Below are positions 37,296 to 46,227 of a stretch of DNA of 64,000 nucleotides, in pieces. Source of the DNA: an uncultured Bacilli bacterium (GTDB lineage: Bacteria > Bacillota_I > Bacilli_A > RF39 > UBA660); NCBI GenBank assembly GCA_947626275.1, contig CANQRL010000004.1, positions 10,370 to 74,369 of the forward strand. The letters run 5' to 3'. Both the position numbers and the translations under genes were made by a program. A model generated the notes under the pieces. It saw nothing but the letters and a program-made list of their open reading frames with translations. It made no database searches and was not told the origin of the DNA. Within the stretch, counting starts at the first letter, position 1, and each line of letters starts with the position of its first letter.

Positions 37296-37797
37296 TGAAA
37301 TGTTAGAAAAAATGGCAACCATTCAATATGGGTTTGTCAATCGGGAAAAAAAAGTTTTTCTAAACGATGAAGATATGATAGAAAATCATTATTGTCTAGA
37401 GACCCCAGAAGAGCTCCTAGAATCGAAAGTAGGCGTCTGCTGGGATCAAGTGGAATTAGAAAGGGATTGGTTTACCAAAGCCAAGATTCCTTTTCAAACA
37501 TTTTGCTTTATCGCCTACCATGATTCTTCCTGTCCTACCCATACCTTTTTAGTATATCAAGAGAAAAATCACTACTTTTGGTTTGAACATTCCTGGGCTA
37601 TTTTTGCAGGGATTCATGAATACCCTTCTTTAACGGCTTTGTTAAAAGATATAAAAAAACGGTTTTTAGCGACAGAAGTCACAGCGAAAGGAATTGAGGC
37701 TGAGGTTATTTTATATCAGTATTCAAAGCCACCTATTCATGCCTCTGTTTCCAATTTTTACGAACACGTAGAAAAAGGGAAAAAAATTTTCTTATAA
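37285..37797 (+). CDS. hypothetical protein (conserved Cys/His, possible papain/transglutaminase-like fold)
   Basis: 170 aa overlapping PHP gene by 11 nt; GVCWDQVELE and HTFLVY/EHSW candidate Cys-His pair; speculative. Confidence 0.35.
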   Translation: MSPNEMLEKMATIQYGFVNREKKVFLNDEDMIENHYCLETPEELLESKVGVCWDQVELERDWFTKAKIPFQTFCFIAYHDSSCPTHTFLVYQEKNHYFWFEHSWAIFAGIHEYPSLTALLKDIKKRFLATEVTAKGIEAEVILYQYSKPPIHASVSNFYEHVEKGKKIFL

Positions 37798-37825
37798 CGA
37801 AAAAAGATATTCTTTAGGAATATCT

Positions 37826-38926
37826 TTATTTTTGCTCTTTTAAAGACTCTACTTCTTTAATCAACTGTTGTTCTAAAACTTTAATCAATTGCTCATTATT
37901 GACTTCTTTTGCTTTATCCAAAGCCTTTTTAATTAATTGGATACGGCTTAAATCTACCTTTTTAGTAGCGGTTTCTTCCTTCTTACGAGGGACCTTCTTC
38001 TCTGTTGCTTTCGCATCTACTTTCGTCGTTCCCTTTGGTCTTCCTACTGGTCTTTTCGCAGATACTGTCTCTTTTTCGATTGGAATTTCTTCCATGGTTA
38101 AATCTCTATCTTCTAGAACAGGGGAAGTATCCATAACACTCTCAACGGTTGGTTCTTCTGTCTTCTCAAGATTTTGAAGTTTTTGATACTGCTCCTCACT
38201 AACCGCTAAAGCATTGCTGGTATCTTTCCATCCAATATTGCTTGGATAAGTTTCTTGCGCCAACGCTTCTGCCTTTGTCAAAGGAGAGAATTCCTCTTTC
38301 TTCTCTTCTTTTTCTTCTAAAGAAGGCATACTTGGCATAGGAAAATCAAAGTCAAAATTAAATTCGTTCTTCATCTCCAATGGAGATTCTTCTTTTTCTA
38401 CTTGAACATCAACCTTTGGTTCTTCTTTCGTTTCTGGAACCTCTTCTTTTGGTGTTTCCTCCTCATCGTCAATAATCTCTTCAAACAAATCAAAACCTTT
38501 TGGTTCTAAGACTGGTTCTTCTTTGACATATTCTGGAGGGTTTTTCAAAATAGAAAATGGTAAAGAAACCTCTTGTATTTTCCTTACAAACTCCTCTTGC
38601 GCAGCTAACTTTCTTCTTTCCTCACCATCTAAGTATTTCGTAGGAATGACAAACATATTAGAAGCAGCAATTTCTTTTATTTCTTTTTCTAACTCTACCC
38701 GAATTACTTTATCAGCTTCATCAACCGTTTTTTCGAGCGTTTCAATCGCTTTCATAAGGGCTTGTTCTTGTTCTTCTTGTAATGGACTTTTTTCCATAGA
38801 ATCATACTTAGCATTCAACACACTGTAATCATCTAAATAACCATTTGCTTTTGAGCAATCTAAAATGGCCTTTAATGCTTTTACAATCTCGTCATACGTT
38901 ACCATTGGATTACTATAGGTATTCAT
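37826..38926 (-). CDS. acidic coiled-coil protein with C-terminal AT-hook (KRPVGRPKGT)
   Basis: 366 aa, highly acidic middle, GRP-core AT-hook and Lys-rich C-terminus; 3-nt gap after upstream DUF1292 gene. Confidence 0.5.
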   Translation of the reverse strand: MNTYSNPMVTYDEIVKALKAILDCSKANGYLDDYSVLNAKYDSMEKSPLQEEQEQALMKAIETLEKTVDEADKVIRVELEKEIKEIAASNMFVIPTKYLDGEERRKLAAQEEFVRKIQEVSLPFSILKNPPEYVKEEPVLEPKGFDLFEEIIDDEEETPKEEVPETKEEPKVDVQVEKEESPLEMKNEFNFDFDFPMPSMPSLEEKEEKKEEFSPLTKAEALAQETYPSNIGWKDTSNALAVSEEQYQKLQNLEKTEEPTVESVMDTSPVLEDRDLTMEEIPIEKETVSAKRPVGRPKGTTKVDAKATEKKVPRKKEETATKKVDLSRIQLIKKALDKAKEVNNEQLIKVLEQQLIKEVESLKEQK

Positions 38927-38929
38927 GAA

Positions 38930-39187
38930 CTACTTACTCACAATCTCGCTCATTAATTTTTTAGCATTCATCCATTCTTCTTCATCTGTTATATTTTCAA
39001 GCTCGTACCCTTTTTCACCGACCGTTAACTTCGCGATATATAATACTTTGTTCCCACTTTTTTGCGTTTCCCCTTTAGTATACACTAAATATTTATTCTT
39101 TTCTGATTCATCTTGCAAAATAGAAACGAGTTCTACTTCACGTTCCACACCGTCAACGTCAATGATTTTAATCATTTCCTTCTCCAT
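38930..39187 (-). CDS. DUF1292 (UPF0473) family small protein
   Basis: 85 aa MEKEMIKIIDVDGVEREVELVSILQ...YLVYTKGE pattern typical of YrzB-like proteins; AGGAGG RBS. Confidence 0.5.
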   Translation of the reverse strand: MEKEMIKIIDVDGVEREVELVSILQDESEKNKYLVYTKGETQKSGNKVLYIAKLTVGEKGYELENITDEEEWMNAKKLMSEIVSK

Positions 39188-39254
39188 TTTTATCCTCCTA
39201 CAATACTGAAACCATTATACCATTAAAAGAGGTTATTTGCAATTCCTCTCTAGG

Positions 39255-39557
39255 TCATTTTTCAATTTTTTCAGGCTTTCCTTTTTTCACTTTTCGAATT
39301 AAAAACCACTTACACTCGTAGCTACATAAATCACGAATATAGTCATCTTTGAACTTGATATCATTTCCCTTATTACAAATTTTATTAATCTTTTTACAGA
39401 AACCTTTCAAACGCAATTTTCCGTAAGACCAATCTCCTAAAATGTAATCATAAGGTTCAAAATAATCGGTATATCGACTTTTTAAAGCCTCTAAATCAAA
39501 GCCATCCTTATATTCTTCTTCCAATTCCCATTCGGTATCTTCTAATTTTATTGTCAT
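39255..39557 (-). CDS. YutD-like protein (DUF1027)
   Basis: YDYILGDWSYGKLRLKGF matches YutD core as I recall; start at MTIKL (ATG 39555-39557) 5 nt after upstream stop. Confidence 0.45.
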   Translation of the reverse strand: MTIKLEDTEWELEEEYKDGFDLEALKSRYTDYFEPYDYILGDWSYGKLRLKGFCKKINKICNKGNDIKFKDDYIRDLCSYECKWFLIRKVKKGKPEKIEK

Positions 39558-39561
39558 ACTG

Positions 39562-41205
39562 CTATTCCTTTCTAAAGGCATCTTGAATCTCTCGATATTT
39601 GGAGATACTAGAATGTCCATTCCACGTCATGTACCCTCCTGTCATCTTCTTCTCATAGAGTGCTTGAATTTCTTCTCTTACCTTTTTAGCGTCATAGATA
39701 ACAGTAGGTTCCTTAGTTGTATTATACGCCTGTATCCAATTTCTGACAATAGCCGGAGTAGGAATCCACGTCTGTTTTTCTTCGACATAGCTTCCCCAAC
39801 GAAGGAGTAATTCATAAGGATTGGTCCACCCTACTTCCTTCATACCATATTCGTATTTTCCAAAATGATCAGGATAAGGCATTCCACTAATCACATCGAC
39901 AACATTGGAAATAGCAGGCCAATACTGACCGTAAGCCGTGACATAGTTATGAGCAGATTCTCCAAAAACATCGACGGAAATATAAGCTTCTAAATCATGG
40001 ATTTCATCCTTAGCATACATGACGAAGGCTTGAATCGCCTCTGCTTTGGACTCCTCATATTCATTCCGATAGTCAACAATTCCTTCGGTCTCTAATGATT
40101 TCATCTGATCAGGGAAGCGAACATAATCAAATTGAATCTCCTGAAAACCGATATCTCGAATCGATTCCTTTGCTAGTTCCACATTGAACTCCCATACCTC
40201 CCTTTGATAGGCACTAGGCCAATAAGAATTGTTGTGTTTTAAAGGCTCACCCAATTTTTTATTTTGAATGGCATCCTCAGGGTGATCTACCACATAATAA
40301 GAGTCCTTGAAAACAGTAATTCGGCCAATGACGTAAAAACCATTGCTCTTTAACTTTTGAATTACTTCACGATATTGCTCCTTCGTATAAAGAGCATGTT
40401 CATAGTTGGTTAAAGAATGCTTCTTCATCGCTTCGGCCTGATAGGAAGGAACGGTATTGTCTTTGATATCAACAACAAAGGCATTGATATTACTCTTTTC
40501 GGCCAAATCGATATAGTCATCCACATTTGGAAGAACACCCGCTTGTAGATAAAAAGCCCGTACTTCTTTTGGCATCACATTGTTAGGAAAATTTCCTTTC
40601 ACAACTGGAAAATAATCTAAAGTAGAAGCACTCCCACCACCTAACGAACTTCCCATTTTCAAGTGTTTTTGGTAAGTTCCCTCTTCATCATAATGGGCAT
40701 TTGCTTCCTCTTTGGTACTGACAAGGTAAAAAGAACGCACATATCCTACCTGATCTTCTTTTTCTACCTGATACTTTAAAACGCTACCGTCTTCTTGAAG
40801 GGTATCATATCCTACAATCCGTACTTCATCTCCCTTTTTTAAAAAGCCAACAATTTGGGAACTATTTTCCGCGACTAAAGTAGCGGGTGTTCGTACATAA
40901 AGCGTTTTCTCCTGCACAACCTCTTCCTTTCTTTTTACAAGATGAGAAGCAAAAACATAATAGACTTCCCCTTGATACCGAATTTTATCATATGATTGAT
41001 TTTCTAGTGACACATTTGATTCTAAAAGTTCTACTTTACTTCCTCGGCAAAGTTTTATATCTTGATTATTTTCGTTTTTCACGACAATATCTTTTTGATT
41101 ACCTGCTAAAAAATAAGTTGGATACTCCTGTGAAGAAAAAAGGTAATAACCAATCATCACGAGAAGAACAATTCCTAAAACATATAGTAGCGTATTTCTT
41201 GTCAT
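39562..41205 (-). CDS. putative glycoside-hydrolase-like TIM-barrel protein (DUF4015/YngK-like) with N-terminal TM and SH3-like segment
   Basis: start ATG 41203-41205 with GAGGGAAA RBS; TM LLYVLGIVLLVMIGYYLF; family assignment from memory, tentative. Confidence 0.35.
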   Translation of the reverse strand: MTRNTLLYVLGIVLLVMIGYYLFSSQEYPTYFLAGNQKDIVVKNENNQDIKLCRGSKVELLESNVSLENQSYDKIRYQGEVYYVFASHLVKRKEEVVQEKTLYVRTPATLVAENSSQIVGFLKKGDEVRIVGYDTLQEDGSVLKYQVEKEDQVGYVRSFYLVSTKEEANAHYDEEGTYQKHLKMGSSLGGGSASTLDYFPVVKGNFPNNVMPKEVRAFYLQAGVLPNVDDYIDLAEKSNINAFVVDIKDNTVPSYQAEAMKKHSLTNYEHALYTKEQYREVIQKLKSNGFYVIGRITVFKDSYYVVDHPEDAIQNKKLGEPLKHNNSYWPSAYQREVWEFNVELAKESIRDIGFQEIQFDYVRFPDQMKSLETEGIVDYRNEYEESKAEAIQAFVMYAKDEIHDLEAYISVDVFGESAHNYVTAYGQYWPAISNVVDVISGMPYPDHFGKYEYGMKEVGWTNPYELLLRWGSYVEEKQTWIPTPAIVRNWIQAYNTTKEPTVIYDAKKVREEIQALYEKKMTGGYMTWNGHSSISKYREIQDAFRKE

Positions 41206-41256
41206 ATCTCTTTCCCTCAATCCCTCTCATCATTAGTATGCCATCATTTTTGAAAT

Positions 41257-41979
41257 TTATTGAATAGGAATGGAGAGAATGGGACTATCTAAACTTCCCG
41301 CATAGTATTCTGGGACATTTCCTTGTAATAGCTTCATCGCAATGGGAACGAGAGTATCGACCTCAATATTCTTAGAGACAAAAGGAAGGAGAACTTGAAG
41401 ATGAGTGATGACATGGATATATACTTCAATCATCGCATTATTAATACCGAAGTTAGTCACTTCTGTTTCGACACTACTAGAAACGGAGCCAACTAAATTT
41501 AAAAGAACAGGAATCTTAGGTCCCAATCCTGCCAAAAAAGGATTTTTAAAAGCAATTCCTAAAGGAATTTTATAAAAGACACCTTTTTCCGATTGATCTT
41601 TATACTCCAAAGAAATGGCATCTGAAAGTTCTAACTTTTCCATTTTTCCTTCTTCGACATACTTTAAACTGATAACCACCGCATTTGTCGTCGTCGATAA
41701 AATCTTATTAACAATAATGGAATTAAAATCAATACTGACAATTTTTCCAGAATCATCCTTTGTTAAAATAAAGAGATTATCTAACGTTAATTCTTCTACC
41801 ACTTGCTTACTAATCGCATCATTCATCAAGAAGGTCGCTAACTTCTCAGCCTTTTGACTGGCATAAGCCATGAGAACAGGAGAAGCTCTTTTTTGAAGAA
41901 GAGAAAAAGATATCACAATCAAAAAAAGAAGAAGAAATAAAACAATGGCAAGTCTTTGTTTCCAATTTCGTCTAATCAT
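41257..41979 (-). CDS. yunB: sporulation protein YunB-like
   Basis: 240 aa, N-terminal TM then beta-rich domain ending ...NFGINNAMIEVYIHV...; size/architecture and yutD neighbourhood consistent with B. subtilis yunB. Confidence 0.45.
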   Translation of the reverse strand: MIRRNWKQRLAIVLFLLLFLIVISFSLLQKRASPVLMAYASQKAEKLATFLMNDAISKQVVEELTLDNLFILTKDDSGKIVSIDFNSIIVNKILSTTTNAVVISLKYVEEGKMEKLELSDAISLEYKDQSEKGVFYKIPLGIAFKNPFLAGLGPKIPVLLNLVGSVSSSVETEVTNFGINNAMIEVYIHVITHLQVLLPFVSKNIEVDTLVPIAMKLLQGNVPEYYAGSLDSPILSIPIQ

Positions 41980-42054
41980 ACTCTATTCTATTAGTTTTCA
42001 AGAATAAAAATGTATAAGCTTTCAAAGTTTAGACATATTATAAATGGTGATTTT

Positions 42055-42528
42055 ATGAAAGTAAAAGAAATTATGACAAAAGATATGGTTGTTGCCTATC
42101 CGAATACTACCCTAGAGGCTGCAAGTAGCATGATGAGAAATTATGATATTGGTTTTCTTCCTGTTGAAAAAGAGGATGACTTCGTCGGCGTAATTACTGA
42201 TCGGGATATCGTCATTCGAGCCTTAGCGCTTGGGAAAAATAGCAAGGACGAAGTAGAGCCTTACATGACCAATTATATCATCAGTATTTCTAGTGAAGCG
42301 AGCATCGAAGAAGCCTTAGAACTCATGTCTGAGGAAAGAGTCAAACGATTACTCGTAGAAGAAGATAAAAAGATTATTGGCTTACTTTCTCTTTCCGATA
42401 TTTTAAATGTGGTAGAAGAACCTTTTGTTCTAGAATATGTGACCAAAATTTTTAAACCGGTGGAAGAAATTATCATCACCAATGAAATTGATGTTCCACA
42501 AGCAGAAGTAGATGAATTTGAACTATAA
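42055..42528 (+). CDS. CBS-domain pair protein
   Basis: MKVKEIMTKDMVVAYPNTTLEAASSMM...; two CBS repeats; GGTGA RBS before ATG 42055. Confidence 0.7.
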   Translation: MKVKEIMTKDMVVAYPNTTLEAASSMMRNYDIGFLPVEKEDDFVGVITDRDIVIRALALGKNSKDEVEPYMTNYIISISSEASIEEALELMSEERVKRLLVEEDKKIIGLLSLSDILNVVEEPFVLEYVTKIFKPVEEIIITNEIDVPQAEVDEFEL

Positions 42529-42544
42529 TTCATCTATTTTTTTG

Positions 42545-42580
42545 TACAAAAAAATACGATTGCTCGTATTTTAGATTTTA
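42545..42580. terminator. bidirectional terminator between CBS gene and ftsX
   Basis: aatacga-ttgc-tcgtatt hairpin next to AT palindrome tttttttgtacaaaaaaa. Confidence 0.5.
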
Positions 42581-43485
42581 AGATGTTTGCGAACAGCTCG
42601 CCATGAACCAAACATACCAACGACAACTCCGATAAGAATTAAAATACCGGAAACGATATAGATAAATGGTTCTGGTTTAACGAGAGTCACGAACTTTCCA
42701 AATAATCGCCCATCAAATTTGGTATAGAGAGTAGAATATCCATAGGCAAGAATGGCAATAGGAATAATAGATCCAAGAACTCCTAAAAGTAATCCTTCAA
42801 AAACAAAAGGAATTTTAATATTCGTATTAGAAGCTCCTACTAATCTCATAATATCGATTTCCCGTTTCCGAGAAAAAATGGTAATTTTAATCGTATTCGC
42901 AATTAAGAAAGCCGTAACGAGAACAAGGGCGATAACAATCGCATAAGTACCTTTCGTAATGACATCAAAAACACCGATTAACTGATCAACCATATCTTGG
43001 GCATCTTTGACAACAGCAACGCCTTCAATCTGCGCAATTTGTTTTGATGTTTTTCCCATCTGCGTAATATCGACAATTTTAATATGATAAGCATCTTTTA
43101 ATGGGTTATCCTCTCGATCTTCCCAATTTTGCATAATCTGTTCATACGTAGAAGAGGAATCCATCATCTCTTGGCGAATAGACTCTTTGTCATCCAAAAT
43201 GACAGCTTCTTTTCCCTCTTGAATATTAGGAAGCTTACGAATTTCTTCTTCGATTTCGGCAATTCGCTCTTCTGTAATATCCACATCTAGGAAGGCAACA
43301 ATCGTAACATCTTCCTCGATTTTTTTCGTCATACTATTTACATTCACTGATAAAGTCATCGAAATCGCAACGACTAATAAAGTAATCGTAATACAACTGA
43401 TAGAAGCTAAAGAAAGAGAGAAATTTCGAATGATACTTTTAAAAGAGTCACGAATATTTCTAAATAAAATTCTAATCAACTTCAT
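42571..43485 (-). CDS. ftsX: cell division permease FtsX
   Basis: 4-TM FtsX topology with large first extracellular loop; overlaps ftsE. Confidence 0.85.
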   Translation of the reverse strand: MKLIRILFRNIRDSFKSIIRNFSLSLASISCITITLLVVAISMTLSVNVNSMTKKIEEDVTIVAFLDVDITEERIAEIEEEIRKLPNIQEGKEAVILDDKESIRQEMMDSSSTYEQIMQNWEDREDNPLKDAYHIKIVDITQMGKTSKQIAQIEGVAVVKDAQDMVDQLIGVFDVITKGTYAIVIALVLVTAFLIANTIKITIFSRKREIDIMRLVGASNTNIKIPFVFEGLLLGVLGSIIPIAILAYGYSTLYTKFDGRLFGKFVTLVKPEPFIYIVSGILILIGVVVGMFGSWRAVRKHLKI

Positions 43486-44167
43486 GAACGTATTCCCCCT
43501 CTTTATACTCTCTTAAGATTCTACCAGAGTCAAGCTCAATGACACGTTTCTTCATCTTGTTGACAATCTCTGTATCATGGGTAACCATAATAATGGTCGT
43601 TCCTAATTTATTAATAGCTTCTAGAACATTCATAATTTCCATACTGGTCTTTTCATCCAAGTTTCCAGTTGGCTCATCACAGATTAAAATTTTAGGTCCA
43701 TTCACAATCGCTCTCGCAATCGCCACTCTCTGTTGCTCTCCACCAGATAAATGGGTAGGATATTGCTTTGCTTTGTTTTTTAATCCTACAAGTTCCAATA
43801 CTCGAACTACTTTATTATAAATTTCATCCTTTGGAAGACCAAAAATCTCTAACGCAAAAGCGACATTCTCATATACTGTTAATTTTGGTAACAATTTGAA
43901 ATCTTGGAAAACAACGCCTAATTTTCGACGAATTTTATAAATTTTTCGGTTTTTAATTTTCGCTACATCAATTCCTCCTACTAAAATCTGTCCAGAAGTA
44001 GGTCTTTCCTCGCGATATAGCATCTTAATTAAGGTAGATTTTCCACATCCTGTTGCGCCTATGATAAAGACAAACTCCCCTTTGTCAATGGATAGGTCTA
44101 AATCATGAATCGCTGTCACACCATTTTTATATACCTTATGTACGTGCCGCATTCTAATTAATTCCAT
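43472..44167 (-). CDS. ftsE: cell division ATP-binding protein FtsE
   Basis: Walker A GATGCGKST, signature LSGGEQQRV, Walker B ILICDEPTGNLD. Confidence 0.9.
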   Translation of the reverse strand: MELIRMRHVHKVYKNGVTAIHDLDLSIDKGEFVFIIGATGCGKSTLIKMLYREERPTSGQILVGGIDVAKIKNRKIYKIRRKLGVVFQDFKLLPKLTVYENVAFALEIFGLPKDEIYNKVVRVLELVGLKNKAKQYPTHLSGGEQQRVAIARAIVNGPKILICDEPTGNLDEKTSMEIMNVLEAINKLGTTIIMVTHDTEIVNKMKKRVIELDSGRILREYKEGEYVHEVD

Positions 44168-44182
44168 AGCAAACTCCTTTCA

Positions 44183-45025
44183 TTATGCTCCCCCCGATAC
44201 CTCATAAGCATCGGTAATCACAAAGAAGGCATCTTTGTCAATCTTCTTAATTCCTTCTTTTAAAGCATAGTACTGACTCGTTGGAATAATACACATGATT
44301 ACTTTTTTAAAATCACCCGTGTATCCCCCTCTTCCTTCTAACACCGTCACACCATGTGTCATTGAATCCATAATAAACTTTTTCACACTTGTCTCATGTT
44401 CGGTAATAATGAAAAAGGCTTTAGACTGAGAAATTCCCAGTACAACTTTATCAGTAATCATACTGATAATGGCTAAATTGATAATAGAATAAATAAATGT
44501 CTGAAAGTTAAATACTAAGAAGGAAAAAAGAATAATCAATCCATCGGTAAAAATCATTGCTTTTCCAACATTCATCTTTCCATATTTACTGACAATATGA
44601 TTTAAAATGTCCGTTCCACCAGTAGTAAATCCCGCTTTGAAAACGAGTCCTAAACCTGTCCCAGCAATAATTGCTCCACAGAAGACTTCTAAAACAGGTT
44701 CTATCTCTCCTAAACTAAAAACATTTGGTAAAAACTCCGTCAATTTGACAAAGATAGGATACAATAAAGAACCGATAACGGTATTTTTTGTACTCTCTTT
44801 TCCCAAGAGAAGAAAACTCAAAATGAGTAAAAAAACAGAGCTCGTAAGCATAACGATAAAAGGATCTAATCCGAATGTCTTTTTAAAAATGACACCCAAT
44901 CCTCCTACGCCATACGTAATATTGTTAGGAAGTACGAAATAATTGTAGGCAATAGCGAGCAAAAGAACACCTAAAATGAATTCCCCATAACGAAATAAGG
45001 TTTCTCCTCGATGCGTCTTTCTCAT
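44183..45025 (-). CDS. YitT-family membrane protein (DUF161 + DUF2179)
   Basis: 5 TM helices then soluble C-terminal domain GRGGYTG...VITDAYEVSGG. Confidence 0.75.
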   Translation of the reverse strand: MRKTHRGETLFRYGEFILGVLLLAIAYNYFVLPNNITYGVGGLGVIFKKTFGLDPFIVMLTSSVFLLILSFLLLGKESTKNTVIGSLLYPIFVKLTEFLPNVFSLGEIEPVLEVFCGAIIAGTGLGLVFKAGFTTGGTDILNHIVSKYGKMNVGKAMIFTDGLIILFSFLVFNFQTFIYSIINLAIISMITDKVVLGISQSKAFFIITEHETSVKKFIMDSMTHGVTVLEGRGGYTGDFKKVIMCIIPTSQYYALKEGIKKIDKDAFFVITDAYEVSGGA

Positions 45026-45027
45026 TC

Positions 45028-46129
45028 TTACTGCACTCCTTTCCGCAAATAATCTTCAATAAATAAAGAGATATCTCCATCTAATACTTTCGTAACATTT
45101 CCCGTTTCTGTTCCTGTCCGATGATCTTTGACAAGGGAATAAGGATGCATCGTATAAGTTCGAATTTGCGAACCAAAATTGATATCTGAAGATTCCCCTT
45201 TAATAGCCTTTAATTCCTGTTCTCTTTTCTCTAGCTCTCGTTGATATATTTTATTTTTTAAGACAGTCATCGCAATTTCTTTATTGCGAATTTGACTTCT
45301 CTCATTTTGACAAGTAACAACAATTCCTGTCGGAAAATGAGTAATTCGAACCGCACTATCGGTCGTATTGACCCCTTGACCACCTTTTCCACTACTACGA
45401 TAAACATCTACCCGAATATCGGTATCCTTTATTTCTACATCGACTGCCTCTTCTTGATAAAGAGGAGTAATGTCAACAGAAGCAAAAGAGGTATGTCTTC
45501 TACTATTGGAATCAAATGGGGAAATACGAATCAAACGATGAACGCCCTTTTCCCCTTTCAAATATCCATAACATTTATCGCCATGAACAATTAAAGAAAC
45601 ACTTTTGATACCTGCTTCTTCCCCATCTTGATAATCGATTAATTCTACTTTATAATTGTTTTTTTCAAAATAGCGAGTATACATTCGATATAGCATATTC
45701 GCCCAGTCACAAGATTCTGTTCCACCTGCCCCCGGATGAATTTCTAAGATGATATCACAATCATCATAAGGGCCATTCAAAAGTAGTTTAAGATGAATCT
45801 GATTGATTTCTTCTTCCAGTTTAGGAAGTTCACTTTCTAGAGAAGCTTCCATTTCTGCATCTCTTTCTTCTTTCAAATAAAGAGCGATTTGTAAATGCGT
45901 GTCAATTTTTTCTTTTAGGTTTTTGACTCCTTCGTATTCTTCTTTTAACGAATTACATTTCGTAATCAGCTCGTTGGTGTCGTCTCTACTCCAAAAAGAA
46001 GGAGAAGAAATTAATGCTTCTAGTTCTGCAATTTGACTTTCCTTTTTTTCAGGGTCAAAGAGACCTCCATAATTCATCTACTTTTTTTTGATAGGATTGA
46101 TAAGCACTGATTAATTCGTTAAGTTCCAT
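45028..46129 (-). CDS. prfB: peptide chain release factor 2, requires +1 programmed frameshift: join(complement(46058..46129),complement(45028..46056))
   Basis: frame-0 ORF MELNELISAYQSYQKKVDELWRSL* ends at CTT TGA C with internal SD GGAGG 3 nt upstream; +1 frame continues DPEKKESQIAELE...SGKGGQGVNTTDSAVRITH (GGQ motif); total 366 aa. Confidence 0.9.
46050..46070 (-). promoter_or_regulatory. prfB +1 frameshift site (GGAGG-TCT-CTT-TGA-C)
   Basis: identical slippery/stop context to E. coli prfB (CUU UGA C) with upstream Shine-Dalgarno-like GGAGG. Confidence 0.85.
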
Positions 46130-46189
46130 AATATCTATCCTCCTTTATCATTATAACATGATTTATATCATTTGAAAATAAAAAATAAG

Positions 46190-46227
46190 TGAAAAAACGC
46201 CTTAGAAAGCGTATTTTTCTAAGGCAT
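46190..46227 (-). terminator. rho-independent terminator of giant NTase gene
   Basis: gccttagaa-agcgtattt-ttctaaggc hairpin then U6 on minus strand. Confidence 0.65.
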
